From NCBI GenBank assembly GCA_036229005.1, contig JAZAMN010000047.1, positions 1 through 64,000 on the forward strand: DNA of 64,000 nt, in the 5' to 3' direction. Under the pieces are notes generated by a model. The model saw only the letters and a program-made list of their open reading frames with translations. It was not told where the DNA came from and ran no database searches. Of the stretch, positions 49,911 through 62,103 are shown in pieces. This stretch comes from Myxococcota bacterium (lineage in GTDB: Bacteria > Myxococcota_A > UBA796 > CAJQPC01). Position 1 is the stretch's first letter. The number at the start of each line of letters is the position of its first letter. Made by a program: the position numbers and the translations under genes.

Positions 49911-51980
49911 ATGTCCCTATCCCTTCTGCTGGCCCTATCTACCGCCTGCCTTCTGCGCACGGCGGAGGACTGGGATCGCGATCAGGACGGCATCGAGCGC
50001 TACCGGGACTGCGACGACGACGATCCGCAGGTGGGGGAGATCTCCTGGTATCTGGACAGCGACGGGGACGGCTTCGGATCGGGGGGCGCCACCCGCGAGT
50101 GCAGCGCCCCCGGCGACAACTACGTTCTGGTCGACGGCGACTGCGACGAGGGGGATGCGCAGATCCATCCGGACTCGGTCGAGGTCTGTGACGGCGTCGA
50201 CAACGACTGCGACGGGCTGATCGACGATGCGGACGACAGCCTGGACCTGGACTCCCTGATCGCCTGGTACCCGGACTCCGACGCGGACGGCTTCGGCGAC
50301 CCCGCGGGGATCCCGGTGGAGCAGTGCGGCAGCCTGGATGGCTACGCAGCGAACGCCAGCGACTGCGACGACCTCGACTCCGATGTGAACCCCGATGGGA
50401 CCGAGGTCTGCGACGAGAACGACCGCGACGAGGACTGCGACGGCGGGGCCGATGACCTGGACCCGGACGAAGCCGGCGCGCTCGCTGAGGCCAGCATCCT
50501 CGGCTGGCTGGATGCCGATGGGGACGGCTTCGGAGTGTCCAACAGCTTCCAGACCTTCTGCGATGAGGTCCCCAAGGGCTGGTCCGCCGTGGCGACCGAC
50601 TGCGACGACGGCGACAAGGCGGTGAACCCGGACGCTGTGGAGGTCTGCTTCGACGAGGTCGACCAGGACTGCGACGGCAGCCTGGCCTGCGTCCTGGACG
50701 CGGCGAGCGAAGAGGTCGGCTTGATCTCGGCGGCACCGGCGGAGACCGGCGCCAGCAACTTCGGGCGCGCCCTGGTCGTCGCCGGAAAGGGCACCGAGGC
50801 CCGCGTGGTCGTCGCGGACAACCGCTATGAGTCCACGAGCGGCGAGGACGCCGGCGCGGTGTTCTTCTTTGACCCCCTGGCCGGCGCCGACCAGCACCTC
50901 GTGGACGCCACCCGGGTCGTGCTCGGTCAGGACCGGAACGATGAGTTCGGGTACTACCTGGCCATCCAGGAGGGCTACTTCGCCGCCTCGGCCTGGCAGG
51001 GCGGAGCCCTCGCGAGCGGGGCGGTCTACCTCTACACCGCCAGCGGAACCACGGTCATCGTGGGCGAGAAGCTCAACGACGAGTTCGGCGCCAGCATGAG
51101 CTTCTCCGCGGGCGCCAGCCCCTGGCTCGCTGTGGGCGCTCGAGAGGGCGGGCTCTCCCGGGCCGGGACGGTCTACCTCTTCGAGAACAGCACGATCGCC
51201 GGCGGCGGCTCCCTGCCCGTGAGCGTCTCTGCGGTCAGCGGCGCCGAGCTCACCATCGAGGGCGACAGCAACGCCGACCAGATCGGCATGCAGACCCTGC
51301 TGCTGGACGGAAACGGCGACGGGGACCCCGAGCTCTTCGCGGGCTCATTCGCGCCCGATCTGGACGGGATCGCCTCGAACACCGGGGCGGTCTACGTCTT
51401 CACGAACGCTCTGCGCCTGAGCGGCTCGCTGAGCGCCAGCGACGCCGACCTGCAGTGGTCGGGCAAGTCCGGTGAGAAGCTCGGTGGCTACGTGGGCCGG
51501 GCAGGGGACATCGACGGCGACGGCCTCCAGGATGTCCTCGTCTGCGCGCTGGAGGCCACGGATGGTGTGTACACCGAGGCCGGCTTCTGCGGTGTGGGCT
51601 TTGGCAGCAGCAAGGCCGATCCCTTCCTCGAGCCCTCGCTGATCGTCTGGGGAACCCAGAACAGCCTCAAGCTGGGCACCGGTCGCAACTGGACCCCCGG
51701 CGCGGACGTCGACGGTGACGGACAGGACGACCTGGTCCTGGGTGCGCCGGAGATGGACCCGGGCGGCGCGGTCTTTGTCTTCGCGGGGCCCCTGCCGACC
51801 TCGGGCACCCTGTCCCTGAACGATGCGCAGGTGCGCGTCGACTCCGATGAGTCCTCCGAGGGCTTCGGGTTCACCTACGCCGTGGGTGAGATCAACGGCG
51901 ACGCCTCCCCGGAGCTGGTCGTGGGCTCCTCCGGCTCAACGCAGTCGGTCTATGTCTTTTCCCCCAACATGTGGTTCTGA
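49911..51980 (+). CDS. Lipoprotein with putative metal-binding (MopE-like DCDD..EVCDGVDNDCDG) repeats and FG-GAP propeller
   Basis: STAC lipobox; WYxDxDxDGFG / DCDD repeats; GAVY, DIDGDGLQD, DVDGDGQDDLVLGAP. Confidence 0.88.
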   Translation: MSLSLLLALSTACLLRTAEDWDRDQDGIERYRDCDDDDPQVGEISWYLDSDGDGFGSGGATRECSAPGDNYVLVDGDCDEGDAQIHPDSVEVCDGVDNDCDGLIDDADDSLDLDSLIAWYPDSDADGFGDPAGIPVEQCGSLDGYAANASDCDDLDSDVNPDGTEVCDENDRDEDCDGGADDLDPDEAGALAEASILGWLDADGDGFGVSNSFQTFCDEVPKGWSAVATDCDDGDKAVNPDAVEVCFDEVDQDCDGSLACVLDAASEEVGLISAAPAETGASNFGRALVVAGKGTEARVVVADNRYESTSGEDAGAVFFFDPLAGADQHLVDATRVVLGQDRNDEFGYYLAIQEGYFAASAWQGGALASGAVYLYTASGTTVIVGEKLNDEFGASMSFSAGASPWLAVGAREGGLSRAGTVYLFENSTIAGGGSLPVSVSAVSGAELTIEGDSNADQIGMQTLLLDGNGDGDPELFAGSFAPDLDGIASNTGAVYVFTNALRLSGSLSASDADLQWSGKSGEKLGGYVGRAGDIDGDGLQDVLVCALEATDGVYTEAGFCGVGFGSSKADPFLEPSLIVWGTQNSLKLGTGRNWTPGADVDGDGQDDLVLGAPEMDPGGAVFVFAGPLPTSGTLSLNDAQVRVDSDESSEGFGFTYAVGEINGDASPELVVGSSGSTQSVYVFSPNMWF

Positions 51981-53405
51981 ATGCTGAAGTCGAGCTACCC
52001 CTTCTACCTGGCCAACACCCCTCAGGAGCCCAACACCGACCTGGTCGTGTTGGACAAGTCCAACGCCGAGCCGGCGACCGAGGCCGCGCTGGCCAGCGCC
52101 GAGGACCTGGAGACCGCCATCGCCGCAGCCGTCAGCGCTGTGCCCGCGATGCGTGCGCTGCCACTGCACACCCGCCAGGCCATCCTGCGCCACTGCGCCG
52201 ACCAGATCGAGGCCCGCGCCGAGGAGTTCGCCAAGGTCCTGGTGATCGAGGCCGGCAAGCCCATCCTGCAGGCCCGCGCCGAGGTCGAGCGCGCCCAGGT
52301 GACCTTCCGCGTCGCTGCGGAGGAGGCCGCCCGCTCCATGGGTGAGGTGATGGACCTGGGCAACAGCCCCGCCACCGCCGGCGCCATCGGCATGACCCGC
52401 CGCGTGGGTCTGGGCCCCGTCGCCCTGATCACGCCCTTCAACTTCCCCCTGAACCTGGTCGCCCACAAGGTCGCGCCGGCCATCGCCGCCGGCTGCCCCT
52501 TTGTGCTCAAGCCCAGCGAGCGCACCCCCATCTCCGCGCTGATGCTGGGCGAGATCCTGGCCGAGACCGAGCTGCCCGAGGGCGCCTTCTCCATCCTGCC
52601 GATGGACGTCGAGGACGCCCAGGCCCTGGTCACGGACGACCGCTTCAAGCTGCTGTCCTTCACCGGCTCCGACAAGGTGGGCTGGGAGCTCAAGGCCAAG
52701 GCCGGTCGCAAGAAGGTGATGCTTGAGCTCGGCGGCAACGCCGCGGTGATCGTGGACAAGGACGCCGACCTGGACGAGGCCGTGGCCCGCGTGGTCGAGG
52801 GCGCCTTCTCCTACGCCGGCCAGTCCTGCATCAGCGTGCAGCGCATCTACGTGCACCAGCAGGCCTACTCCGCGTTCCGCGACAAGCTGGTGGGCGCCGC
52901 CCGCCGCCTGGAGGTCGGGGACCCCTCCGACGAGGACAACTTCGTCGGGCCCGTGATCGACGAGGACGCCGCCGCCCGCATCGAGGACTGGGTCCAGGAC
53001 GCCGTCATCCGCGGCGCCACCATCCTGTGCGGTGGGGACCGTGACGGCCTCTACCTGACCCCCACCGTGCTCGAGAACGTGCGCAAGAAGGCCCTGCTCC
53101 ACAAGGAGGAGGCCTTCGGTCCCGTCGCCAGCATCATCCCCTTCAAGGACTACGAGGTCGCGCTGGCGGAGGTCGATGACGGCCGCTTTGGCCTGCAGGT
53201 CGGTGTGTTCACCGAGTCCCTGGAGAGCGCGATGTCCGCCTGGGAGCAGCTCAACGTGGGCGCCGTGATCGTGGGCGATGTCCCCACCTGGCGCGCCGAC
53301 GCGATGCCCTACGGCGGCACCAAGGACTCCGGCACCGGCCGCGAGGGCCTGCGCTACGCCATCGACGAGATGAGCGAGCTGCGCCTGCTGGTGATGCGCC
53401 GCTGA
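51981..53405 (+). CDS. Aldehyde dehydrogenase family protein
   Basis: ITPFNFP, FTGS, LELGGN, GQSCIS, EEAFGP, PYGGTKDSG.GREG. Confidence 0.95.
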   Translation: MLKSSYPFYLANTPQEPNTDLVVLDKSNAEPATEAALASAEDLETAIAAAVSAVPAMRALPLHTRQAILRHCADQIEARAEEFAKVLVIEAGKPILQARAEVERAQVTFRVAAEEAARSMGEVMDLGNSPATAGAIGMTRRVGLGPVALITPFNFPLNLVAHKVAPAIAAGCPFVLKPSERTPISALMLGEILAETELPEGAFSILPMDVEDAQALVTDDRFKLLSFTGSDKVGWELKAKAGRKKVMLELGGNAAVIVDKDADLDEAVARVVEGAFSYAGQSCISVQRIYVHQQAYSAFRDKLVGAARRLEVGDPSDEDNFVGPVIDEDAAARIEDWVQDAVIRGATILCGGDRDGLYLTPTVLENVRKKALLHKEEAFGPVASIIPFKDYEVALAEVDDGRFGLQVGVFTESLESAMSAWEQLNVGAVIVGDVPTWRADAMPYGGTKDSGTGREGLRYAIDEMSELRLLVMRR

Positions 53406-53476
53406 CCGCTCGGGGCGCTCTTCACCGAGCGTCTCGGTCTCCGGAGCCTCCGCCCAGTTGCGGGGGCTCTGTTGCT

Positions 53477-54106
53477 TCAGGGGCTGGCGCTTGAGGGGCC
53501 TGTCGGTGGGGGCTCCAGCTTGGAGGGGGGCAGCCAGGGGCCGTCGCCTTGGCCAAGCGTGAGCGCCCCGCGCCAGGGATCCGAGGGGCCCATCCGCAGC
53601 CAGACCCGGCCCTTGAAGGTCTCCGGATCGACGCCACCCCACTGCCGGCTGTCGGGCGGCCCGTCGCGCTTGTCCGCGAGCACCAGCCACTGGCCCTCGG
53701 GGGCGCTCAGGGCCCGGGGAGGCTCGGAGAAGGGACGATCCGCGCGCTGCACCAGCCAGCCGTCCTGCTCGGAGTAGAGGACGCCATCTGGGCCCCGGTG
53801 CATCTCTCTCCACCGCCAGGCCTGCCCCTGCACCTCCAACCCCGGCGCCGTGACCACCAGCGAGGACAGGCTGGGCGCGACCAGCCGGCGCAGCACCAAG
53901 CGCTCCGGATCCCCGGGATCGGAGAGCAGCACCACGTCGCCTTGCTGGGGGGCACGCCAGGGCGGGTAGGGGAGCCAGAGCACCCAGTCACCGGGGCGCA
54001 AGCTGGGCAGCATGTCCTCGCTGGTGACCCGCAGTGGGCGGAGGAGCGCGAGCACCAAGAGGCCCAGGAGGGGAGCCAGCCAGCGTCGGGGGGGCGGGAG
54101 CTTCAT
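53477..54106 (-). CDS. Signal peptidase I (S26)-like protein with substituted catalytic residues
   Basis: N-terminal TM; SEDMLPSLRPGD, QGDVV, LRRLV, ADKRDGPPDSRQWG. Confidence 0.75.
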   Translation of the reverse strand: MKLPPPRRWLAPLLGLLVLALLRPLRVTSEDMLPSLRPGDWVLWLPYPPWRAPQQGDVVLLSDPGDPERLVLRRLVAPSLSSLVVTAPGLEVQGQAWRWREMHRGPDGVLYSEQDGWLVQRADRPFSEPPRALSAPEGQWLVLADKRDGPPDSRQWGGVDPETFKGRVWLRMGPSDPWRGALTLGQGDGPWLPPSKLEPPPTGPSSASP

Positions 54107-54149
54107 TCTCCCTCTACACTACCCGCTGCAGCGCACGACAGGAGAGCAC

Positions 54150-54329
54150 GTGGCCGCAGCACGCCAGGACGACAAGGCCCAGCAGCCCAGAGGCAATCAG
54201 GGGCGACGGACGCGCAAGCGCGTGGGGCTGCGGGAGCGGCTGTGGATGGCGGCCTCCAAGGTGCTGGGAAAGCTGGGCAGCCCGGCCCACAAGACCAACG
54301 CGAGCGGCAACAACATGAGCCAGCGCTGA
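54150..54329 (+). CDS. Small basic hypothetical protein (59 aa)
   Basis: AGGAG SD then GTG; fills the intergenic gap. Confidence 0.45.
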   Translation: MAAARQDDKAQQPRGNQGRRTRKRVGLRERLWMAASKVLGKLGSPAHKTNASGNNMSQR

Positions 54330-54349
54330 CGGACGGTTAGTCCCCCCCG

Positions 54350-55483
54350 ATGCTCCCGATCCTGCTCATCGCCTGCAGCGCAGGCCCCAAGGTGCTCCCC
54401 GACAAGGTCGTGCTGTCCGGTGACGGGCGGCTGACCCACACCCGCAGCGGCGCCACCTGGGCGGACCCGGACGTCGAGGTCGGACCGGTGGTCTGGGTGC
54501 GCGGTCAGAGCGAGCCTCTGGCGGGGGAGCTGCGGCCGGGGCGCAGCGCAGAGGACGAGATCGCGGCCTACCTGCCGGGGAGCACGGCGGAGATGACCCT
54601 GCGCATGGGCGACCAGCCGCTGCCCGGGAGCACCGTGACCATGAGCGGGCGCTGGGCCTCGGGGGCGGAGATCCAGTCGCAGACCCTGCCGCTCGCGCAG
54701 GAGCTGTCCTGGTCGCTGGGCCTGCCGCAGCGCCTGGACGCCCTGGAGCTGACCCTGGAGTTCAGCGAGCCGGAGCAGCCCACCTACCGCACCCACCACA
54801 CCATCGTGACCACCTGGGACGCCCCGATCGAGGGCACGCCGCTCTACCGCCGGCCCCTTCTGTGGATGGCGCAGTGGGGTGCGGGGACGCCGGCCAAGAG
54901 CGTGACGCCGCTGGAGCTGCAGGCCCAGGTGGAGAACGATCTGGCGCTGGTCGCGCTGGACGGGATCTGGGAGCTGGGGCTGGCCGGGGAGCGCAGCTAC
55001 GGGCCCTTCCCAAGGCCCAAGGACAAGGACAACCAGGCCCACGTGTGGCTGGATCACGGGCAGAGCGCCTGCGGGGAGTACCGCGGGATCCTGCTGAACC
55101 TGCTGGAGAGCCAGGGCGTGGAGGCGAGCTGGGTGCTGCTGACCTTCCGGAACCCCAGCCCCGACGCCCTGAGCATGTACGAGACCCGGAAGATCGCCGC
55201 CGTGGGGACGGAGCCCAAGGTCTGGCAGCACTGGAATCACGTGGCGGTGGAGGTGAACGGGCAGGTCTATGACCCGACCTACCACCTGCACCACCCGGAC
55301 TTCGCGTCCTACGAAGACGACCTCTTCGAGTTCTACTGCACCGGCGAGGACGAGAAGTGCAAGACGCCCGGGGGCTGGTGTCAGCAGCCTCGGCCGGAGG
55401 GGAGCTGCAGGCCCAACCCGCCGGGCTTCGACCCCAGCGGCCCCGAGGGCGCGATGCTGGTCAAGCGCGGCGACAACTACTGA
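54350..55483 (+). CDS. Lipoprotein with transglutaminase-like Cys-His-Asp domain
   Basis: LIAC; SACGEY, WNHVAVEV..VYDPTY. Confidence 0.75.
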   Translation: MLPILLIACSAGPKVLPDKVVLSGDGRLTHTRSGATWADPDVEVGPVVWVRGQSEPLAGELRPGRSAEDEIAAYLPGSTAEMTLRMGDQPLPGSTVTMSGRWASGAEIQSQTLPLAQELSWSLGLPQRLDALELTLEFSEPEQPTYRTHHTIVTTWDAPIEGTPLYRRPLLWMAQWGAGTPAKSVTPLELQAQVENDLALVALDGIWELGLAGERSYGPFPRPKDKDNQAHVWLDHGQSACGEYRGILLNLLESQGVEASWVLLTFRNPSPDALSMYETRKIAAVGTEPKVWQHWNHVAVEVNGQVYDPTYHLHHPDFASYEDDLFEFYCTGEDEKCKTPGGWCQQPRPEGSCRPNPPGFDPSGPEGAMLVKRGDNY

Positions 55484-56568
55484 TGCTGGCGCTTGGACTC
55501 TGCCTGTTGGCGGCGCCGCTGGCCCATGAGGGCGAGCCGGGGCTCAAGGATGAGCTGGTGCCCCCCACCCACGCGGCGCAGATGCGGCGGCGGCTGCGGC
55601 GTGCCGGGCTCGCGGGCATGGCGGTCGGGGGGCTCTGGTACCTGGCCATCGGCGACACCCTGGGGGCGGGTGACCCGGCGAGCCTGATTGCGGGGGCGGG
55701 GCTCGTGGCGACCACGGGTGCGCTGGCGGGCGGCGCGGTCGCGGTGCTCGACCCCCGGGAGCCGCCCATGGACTGGGAGGCCTCGGGGCCGCCGCTGCAG
55801 CTCAACTGGGGCCTGGATGGCTCCAACACCTACGGGGAGCGCAACCCCGGGGGGCTGGGGTTGGAGATGGCGCCGCGCTTTGTGGTGGCGGACCACATGA
55901 CCCTGATCGCCGGGATGGAGTTCCGCTCGCTGTTGGGCAGCGAGCTGCAGGTGGACTCGCGGCCGCAGGGGGACTTCGATACGGCGCTGGAGCGCTGGAG
56001 CTGGGGCCTGGACGTGACCCCGGAGCTGCGCTGGTACCACGAGGGCTTCGACCTGCGCCTGCGCCCCATGGTCCTGACCCGACAGGAGGCGACGACCTAC
56101 GCGGACGGCTCCGGCCGCCAGATCCGCCGCCAGGCCATCATGCCGGTGACCCTGGGCGCGCGCTTCTACTTGTCGGGGCGCCAGCGCTTCGCGGTCTACG
56201 TGGGCCCCCGCTGGGACCGCCTGACCTGGACCGAGGGGGGCGAGTGGGCGGACGGCGATCTGCGCCTGGGGCCGCTCTACGGCGAGGCCTTCTACACCCT
56301 CAATCTGCCCCACAGCGAGCTCCCCGGCGGCCTGCAGGGCGCCTCGCGGCTGCGCATCGGGTACGAGCACAGCAACTTTGACGGCCAGGGCTTCGACTTC
56401 GGCGCCAGCATCGGCTTCTTCGGGCCGGTGACCCTGCGCTACGACATGCAGCTCCGCCGGCCCAACTGGAAGTCGGGGGTGCAGGTGGGCGTGCAGGGGA
56501 CCTTCAACCAAGGCGGCGGCGTGGCGCTGACCCTGGGGTGGAACGCCGCCCCCATCGGAGGACAGTGA
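55483..56568 (+). CDS. Putative outer-membrane beta-barrel protein
   Basis: Signal peptide, glycine-zipper-like helices, then alternating beta strands ending LTLGW; TGATG-coupled. Confidence 0.65.
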   Translation: MLALGLCLLAAPLAHEGEPGLKDELVPPTHAAQMRRRLRRAGLAGMAVGGLWYLAIGDTLGAGDPASLIAGAGLVATTGALAGGAVAVLDPREPPMDWEASGPPLQLNWGLDGSNTYGERNPGGLGLEMAPRFVVADHMTLIAGMEFRSLLGSELQVDSRPQGDFDTALERWSWGLDVTPELRWYHEGFDLRLRPMVLTRQEATTYADGSGRQIRRQAIMPVTLGARFYLSGRQRFAVYVGPRWDRLTWTEGGEWADGDLRLGPLYGEAFYTLNLPHSELPGGLQGASRLRIGYEHSNFDGQGFDFGASIGFFGPVTLRYDMQLRRPNWKSGVQVGVQGTFNQGGGVALTLGWNAAPIGGQ

Positions 56569-57734
56569 TGTTCGCGCTGCTGCTGGGCCTGGGCTGCACC
56601 CGCTCGGAGTGCTCGCGCCCCGAGTACGACCGCCCGGAGTGTCGGGTGCAGGCGGAGAACGAGCTGGCGCGGGGCCTGAGCGCGGAGGGGGTGGACGTGC
56701 GCTTTCAGGCCGTTGGGGCGGCCGACGCTCAGAGCTGGGACGCCCTGGGCCGGGTGGAGAACCTGAGCACCGGCGAGCTCTACGCCCGCGTGGGGACCCT
56801 GGGGGACTTCCGGATCTCCCTGGAGACGGACCAGATGGTCGAGCTGCTGCTGGTCCTGGACAATGTGGACCCCCGCATCCCCGAGCTGGACGGGCAGGTC
56901 TCCCAGACCGGGCTGCGCCGGGAGCTGGAGCTGGTGCTCATGCCCGGCGTGACCTGGGTCGAAGGGACCCTGCCGGAGACCCTGTGCTCTGGCGCCTTCC
57001 GCCTGGCGGCGGTGGGGGACATCCAGACCAACCCCCTGCAGTTCCGGCGCATCGTCGAGGAGCTGCACGCCGAGTACGACCGCTCCGAGGCCGCGGGCGC
57101 GCCACTGCTGGGGGTCGTGCTGCTGGGCGACATCTCGGAGCACTCGCTGGCCGAGGAGCTCCAGGAGGTGCTCGACATGCTGGTGTCCTCGCCGGTGCCA
57201 GCAGCGGTGCTGCCCGGAAACCATGACGTATACAACTCCAGGGACGCGGTGTTCAACCGAGTGGTGGGGCCCGGGAACCTCTCCTTCGACCTCTGCGACG
57301 CGCACCTGGTGCTGCTGGACACGGGATCGGGTCGCCTGGCGCCGTCGGTCGAGGGCCGCCTGCCGGAGCTGATCGAGAGTGACCAGCGCTTCCTGGTCGC
57401 GGGGGTGCACCACCCTCCGATTCCGGGCTGGACGGGGGCCGGTTGGGGAGATGAGGTGGGGGCGAGTAGCCTGCTCGCGGAGCTCGCGAGTGCGCGGGCA
57501 GACCTCCTGATGGCGGGTCACGTGCACCAACGCCTGGAGTTTGACGACGGCCCCATCCCCGAGGTCATCGTGGGCACGGCTGGCGCGGACCAGGTCGAGG
57601 TGGAGCCCGACTATGGCTTCCTGCGCCTGGACTTCCAGGAGGCGCTTGACTGGTGCTTCGTGCCGGTGCCAGCAGCGGGTGGGGCAGGGGTCAGTCGCCC
57701 GCCGCCACCCGACTGCTCGGACACCCCCCGCTGA
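56568..57734 (+). CDS. Calcineurin-like metallophosphoesterase lipoprotein
   Basis: LGLGC; GDIQ, LLGDI, PGNHD, HHPP, AGHVH. Confidence 0.88.
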   Translation: MFALLLGLGCTRSECSRPEYDRPECRVQAENELARGLSAEGVDVRFQAVGAADAQSWDALGRVENLSTGELYARVGTLGDFRISLETDQMVELLLVLDNVDPRIPELDGQVSQTGLRRELELVLMPGVTWVEGTLPETLCSGAFRLAAVGDIQTNPLQFRRIVEELHAEYDRSEAAGAPLLGVVLLGDISEHSLAEELQEVLDMLVSSPVPAAVLPGNHDVYNSRDAVFNRVVGPGNLSFDLCDAHLVLLDTGSGRLAPSVEGRLPELIESDQRFLVAGVHHPPIPGWTGAGWGDEVGASSLLAELASARADLLMAGHVHQRLEFDDGPIPEVIVGTAGADQVEVEPDYGFLRLDFQEALDWCFVPVPAAGGAGVSRPPPPDCSDTPR

Positions 57735-57750
57735 GGCGAGGGGCGCGCTG

Positions 57751-58947
<1,197 letters not shown>

Positions 58948-58966
58948 GGGGGACTCCTGGGGGCGA

Positions 58967-60043
58967 TCAGTTGGAAGGCTGGGACTCGGCCAGGCGGCGG
59001 CCGAAGGAACGGGCCACGCTCAGGCCAAAGACCAGAGCGCGGTTGACATCGGGGTCGTTGGCGCTGCGCGCCAAGGCGAGCAGGCCCATGGGGGCGAGCT
59101 GGTGGGAGGTGGTGGTCTCGGCCAGGGCCTTGCCGGCGCTGCCCACCACCCGCACGGGCTCGGGCTCGAGCACGCCGCTGGAGAGCAGGTCGGTGACGAC
59201 CTGGGAGATGGTCTCGCTGTGCGCCAGGAAGGTGCACATCATGTCCAGCAGCTCCGGCCGGGTGAGCATCTCGGAGGCGCGGGTCAGGCTGCGGATGCGC
59301 TCGTCCAGGTCGATGCCCTGGCTGTAGAGCTGGGCGAAGTGCTGGTCGATGGTGTCGACCATGCCGGCGACGGCCCCGGGGGCGGTCTCGGCGAGCACCA
59401 GGGCCTGCTCCAGGTTGGCCATCGTCTCGGGGCGGGTGAGGCGCTCGAGCAGCTCCAGGCTCTTGCGGGCGCGGGCGTCGACGTCGACTCCCTTGGCCTG
59501 CAGGGCGCCGATGTGCTGGTCCACGGTGTCCAGGGCCATCGCGGCCATCCCGGGCACCTGGCTGGCCATCGCGGCGCTCTGCTCCAGCAGCTCCACGCGC
59601 TCCATGAGGGAAGCCAGGGCGGCGGCGGACTCCGGCCGGGTGGCGGCCTCGGCGAGCTTGAGGCCGGCGGCCATGCGCTGATCGATGTCGACGCCCTGGG
59701 TCTGCAGGCCCGCCATGTGTGCGTCGAGGGTGTCGACCATTCCGGCGATCGCGCCAGGGGCCTGCTCGGCCAGGTCCAGAGCCTGCTGGAGCTGTGCGGC
59801 GGTCTCGGGGCGGGTCAGGCGCTCGACGAGCTGGAGGGTGGTGTTCAGGCGCTGGTCCACATCCACGCCCTGCTGCTGCAGTCTCGCGATGTGGGCGTCC
59901 ACGGTGTCGACCGTGGTGGCCAGCGCGTTGGGGAGCTGCTCCTGGGCCTGCTGTAGACCGGCGAGCTGCTGCTCCACATTGCTCATGCGGGCGCTCAGGT
60001 CTTCCAGCAGGGCCAGGATGCGCTCTTGGGTCGGGTCTGACAC
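58967..60043 (-). CDS. Helical DUF1641-like protein with four internal ~58-aa repeats
   Basis: Four PxxxAxxxDTxDxH..GxDxDxR..TRPE units; C-terminal [13 protein letters not shown]. Confidence 0.8.
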   Translation of the reverse strand: MSDPTQERILALLEDLSARMSNVEQQLAGLQQAQEQLPNALATTVDTVDAHIARLQQQGVDVDQRLNTTLQLVERLTRPETAAQLQQALDLAEQAPGAIAGMVDTLDAHMAGLQTQGVDIDQRMAAGLKLAEAATRPESAAALASLMERVELLEQSAAMASQVPGMAAMALDTVDQHIGALQAKGVDVDARARKSLELLERLTRPETMANLEQALVLAETAPGAVAGMVDTIDQHFAQLYSQGIDLDERIRSLTRASEMLTRPELLDMMCTFLAHSETISQVVTDLLSSGVLEPEPVRVVGSAGKALAETTTSHQLAPMGLLALARSANDPDVNRALVFGLSVARSFGRRLAESQPSN

Positions 60044-60094
60044 AGGGGCTCCGGGGGTCTGGGGGGGAGGGAGGTCGGGCTTGGACTCATTCCA

Positions 60095-60110
60095 AGCAAG
60101 TTCGGTGCCA
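60095..60110 (-). promoter_or_regulatory. Sigma54 (-24/-12) promoter of the repeat protein-sqr operon
   Basis: TGGCAC-CGAAC-TTGCT matches the consensus. Confidence 0.9.
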
Positions 60111-60172
60111 GGCTCGATCCAAGCACGTGACAGGCGGACCAGGGCGTGGACGCACTGTCCAGGTGCAGGAGA

Positions 60173-60219
60173 TGTCAGGGGTGGCATGCCGTCCCTGTCA
60201 GTAGCTGCCAGATGTGGCA
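60173..60219. promoter_or_regulatory. Putative activator (UAS) sites, three TGYCR-N4-TGNCA palindromes
   Basis: TGTCAggggTGGCA 60173-60186, TGCCGtcccTGTCA 60187-60200, TGCCAgatgTGGCA 60206-60219. Confidence 0.65.
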
Positions 60220-60229
60220 GGGTGTGCGC

Positions 60230-61537
60230 ATGTCATCGCCCCCCAAGCCCCCACCGGATCTCGCCTCCAGCCTGGAGGAACTGCGGGATCCCGCGATCCT
60301 GCTGTCCACCGACTACCGGGTCCTCGCCACCAACCAGCGCTACGTCGAGCGCTACGGGCAGGTCCCGGAGCTGGGGCGCAGCCGCTGTCACGAAGTGAGT
60401 CACGGCTATGACACACCCTGCGACGAGAATGGTGAGTCCTGCCCCCTCGCTGTCTGCCGCGCCTCGGGTCAGGCCAGCCGGGTCAGCCATGTGCACCACA
60501 CTCCCCGGGGCCCCGAGCACTGCGACATCACCCTGCGCCCCATCCGGGATGGCCAAGGCCGCATCACCGCCTACGTGGAGATCATCCAGCCCATCGATGT
60601 GGCCCACGCCGAGACCCGCCGCGGCCAGCTCCTGGGCCGCTCGCGCGCCTTCTCTGCGTCCGTGGGGATGCTCCGTCGGGCGGCCCCCAGCGAGGTCCCC
60701 GTGCTCCTGCTGGGGGAGTCCGGCACCGGCAAGGAGCTCATGGCGCGGGCCCTCCACCACAGCTCCGAGCGCCGCCACGGCGCCTTCGTCCCCTTGGAGT
60801 GCAGCGGCCTGCCCGAGGCGCTCTTCGAGAGCGAGCTCTTCGGCTACGAGAAGGGGGCGTTCACCGGCGCCGACCGCCGCACCGAGGGACTGGTGGACGC
60901 CGCCTCCGGGGGCACGCTCTTCCTGGACGAGATCGGGGACGTGCCCTTGTCTCTGCAGGTCAAGCTCCTGCGCCTTCTGGAGTCGGGGACCTACCGGCGC
61001 GTCGGCGGCAAGGAGGTCCTCCGGGCCGACTTCCGCCTGGTCTGCGCCACCCACCGCGACCTGCTCGAGATGGTCTCGGCCGGGAGCTTCCGCCGCGACC
61101 TCTACTACCGGATCAACACCTTCCCCATCCCGCTCCCCCCGCTCCGGGACCGCCTGGAGGACCTGCCGCTGCTCTGCCGCGCCTTCCTGGCCGGGACCGA
61201 CAAGGTGCTCAGCGACGAGGCCCTCACCGTCCTCCAGAGCTGGGACTTCCCCGGCAACATCCGCGAGCTCAAGAACCTGATGCAGCGCGCCGCCCTGTTG
61301 GCGGACGGTGCCCGGATCCTGCCGCGCCACCTGCCCATGGCCGCCTGCGTCCAGTCGCCCACCAGCCAGCCGGCCTGGATGCCCAGCGAGATCCTCCCCC
61401 TGGAGCAGGTCGTGGATCGCTACCTGCGCTGGGCCGCCGGGCAGGGCCTCGAGCGTCGGGAGCTGGCCAGCGCGCTGGGGATGTCCGAGCGCACCCTCTA
61501 CCGCCGCCTGCGGGCGCTCCGGGAGGCAGGGAAATAG
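60230..61537 (+). CDS. FisR-like sigma54-dependent activator with Cys-containing PAS domain
   Basis: PAS C-x10-C-x6-[36 protein letters not shown]-terminal HTH. Confidence 0.93.
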   Translation: MSSPPKPPPDLASSLEELRDPAILLSTDYRVLATNQRYVERYGQVPELGRSRCHEVSHGYDTPCDENGESCPLAVCRASGQASRVSHVHHTPRGPEHCDITLRPIRDGQGRITAYVEIIQPIDVAHAETRRGQLLGRSRAFSASVGMLRRAAPSEVPVLLLGESGTGKELMARALHHSSERRHGAFVPLECSGLPEALFESELFGYEKGAFTGADRRTEGLVDAASGGTLFLDEIGDVPLSLQVKLLRLLESGTYRRVGGKEVLRADFRLVCATHRDLLEMVSAGSFRRDLYYRINTFPIPLPPLRDRLEDLPLLCRAFLAGTDKVLSDEALTVLQSWDFPGNIRELKNLMQRAALLADGARILPRHLPMAACVQSPTSQPAWMPSEILPLEQVVDRYLRWAAGQGLERRELASALGMSERTLYRRLRALREAGK

Positions 61538-61546
61538 AGGGGGAGC

Positions 61547-62038
61547 ATGTCCAAGAACACCTCATGGGGCCTGGTCCTGCTGGGGGCCGGCGTGCTGGCC
61601 CTCCCCTGCATCTTCCTGGTGCCCTACTACCGCTCGGTGACCCAGGAGTACGGCCGCTTCCACGAGTACATGGAGGCCACCGTCGACAACACCGAGACCC
61701 CCGTGGAGTGGACCCAGCGGCCCTTCTCCCCCGTGGAGTGCGTCGACTTCGGGGTCGCCTGGTCCGAGGCCTGCCCCGCGACCAAGGAGTTCTGCCACGG
61801 CGCGCTCTATTCGGTGGTCGGTCGCTGCGTGGAGTCCCAGGATCGGCAGGACTACTGCGCGAGCCTCGACCGCGAGTGGATGACCACGGGCTTTGGCTAC
61901 CACGACTGCGAGAACCGGCTCACCGAGCTCCCGGAGGACGCGAGCGCCCAGCGCAAGAAGCGGGAGAAGGCCTGCGCTGCGGGGTATCGCAGCATCGCGG
62001 ACCACTGCCGGGACCTGGAGCTGGCCGCCAACCCTTGA
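61547..62038 (+). CDS. Membrane-anchored Cys-rich hypothetical protein
   Basis: N-terminal TM, 8 Cys in the soluble domain; SD present. Confidence 0.7.
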   Translation: MSKNTSWGLVLLGAGVLALPCIFLVPYYRSVTQEYGRFHEYMEATVDNTETPVEWTQRPFSPVECVDFGVAWSEACPATKEFCHGALYSVVGRCVESQDRQDYCASLDREWMTTGFGYHDCENRLTELPEDASAQRKKREKACAAGYRSIADHCRDLELAANP

Positions 62039-62103
62039 GATCCGGGCGCCAGCGAGGACAGGCTGCCTCAGACCGGCGCTGACCACCCCCTGGCGGAGCT
62101 GCG

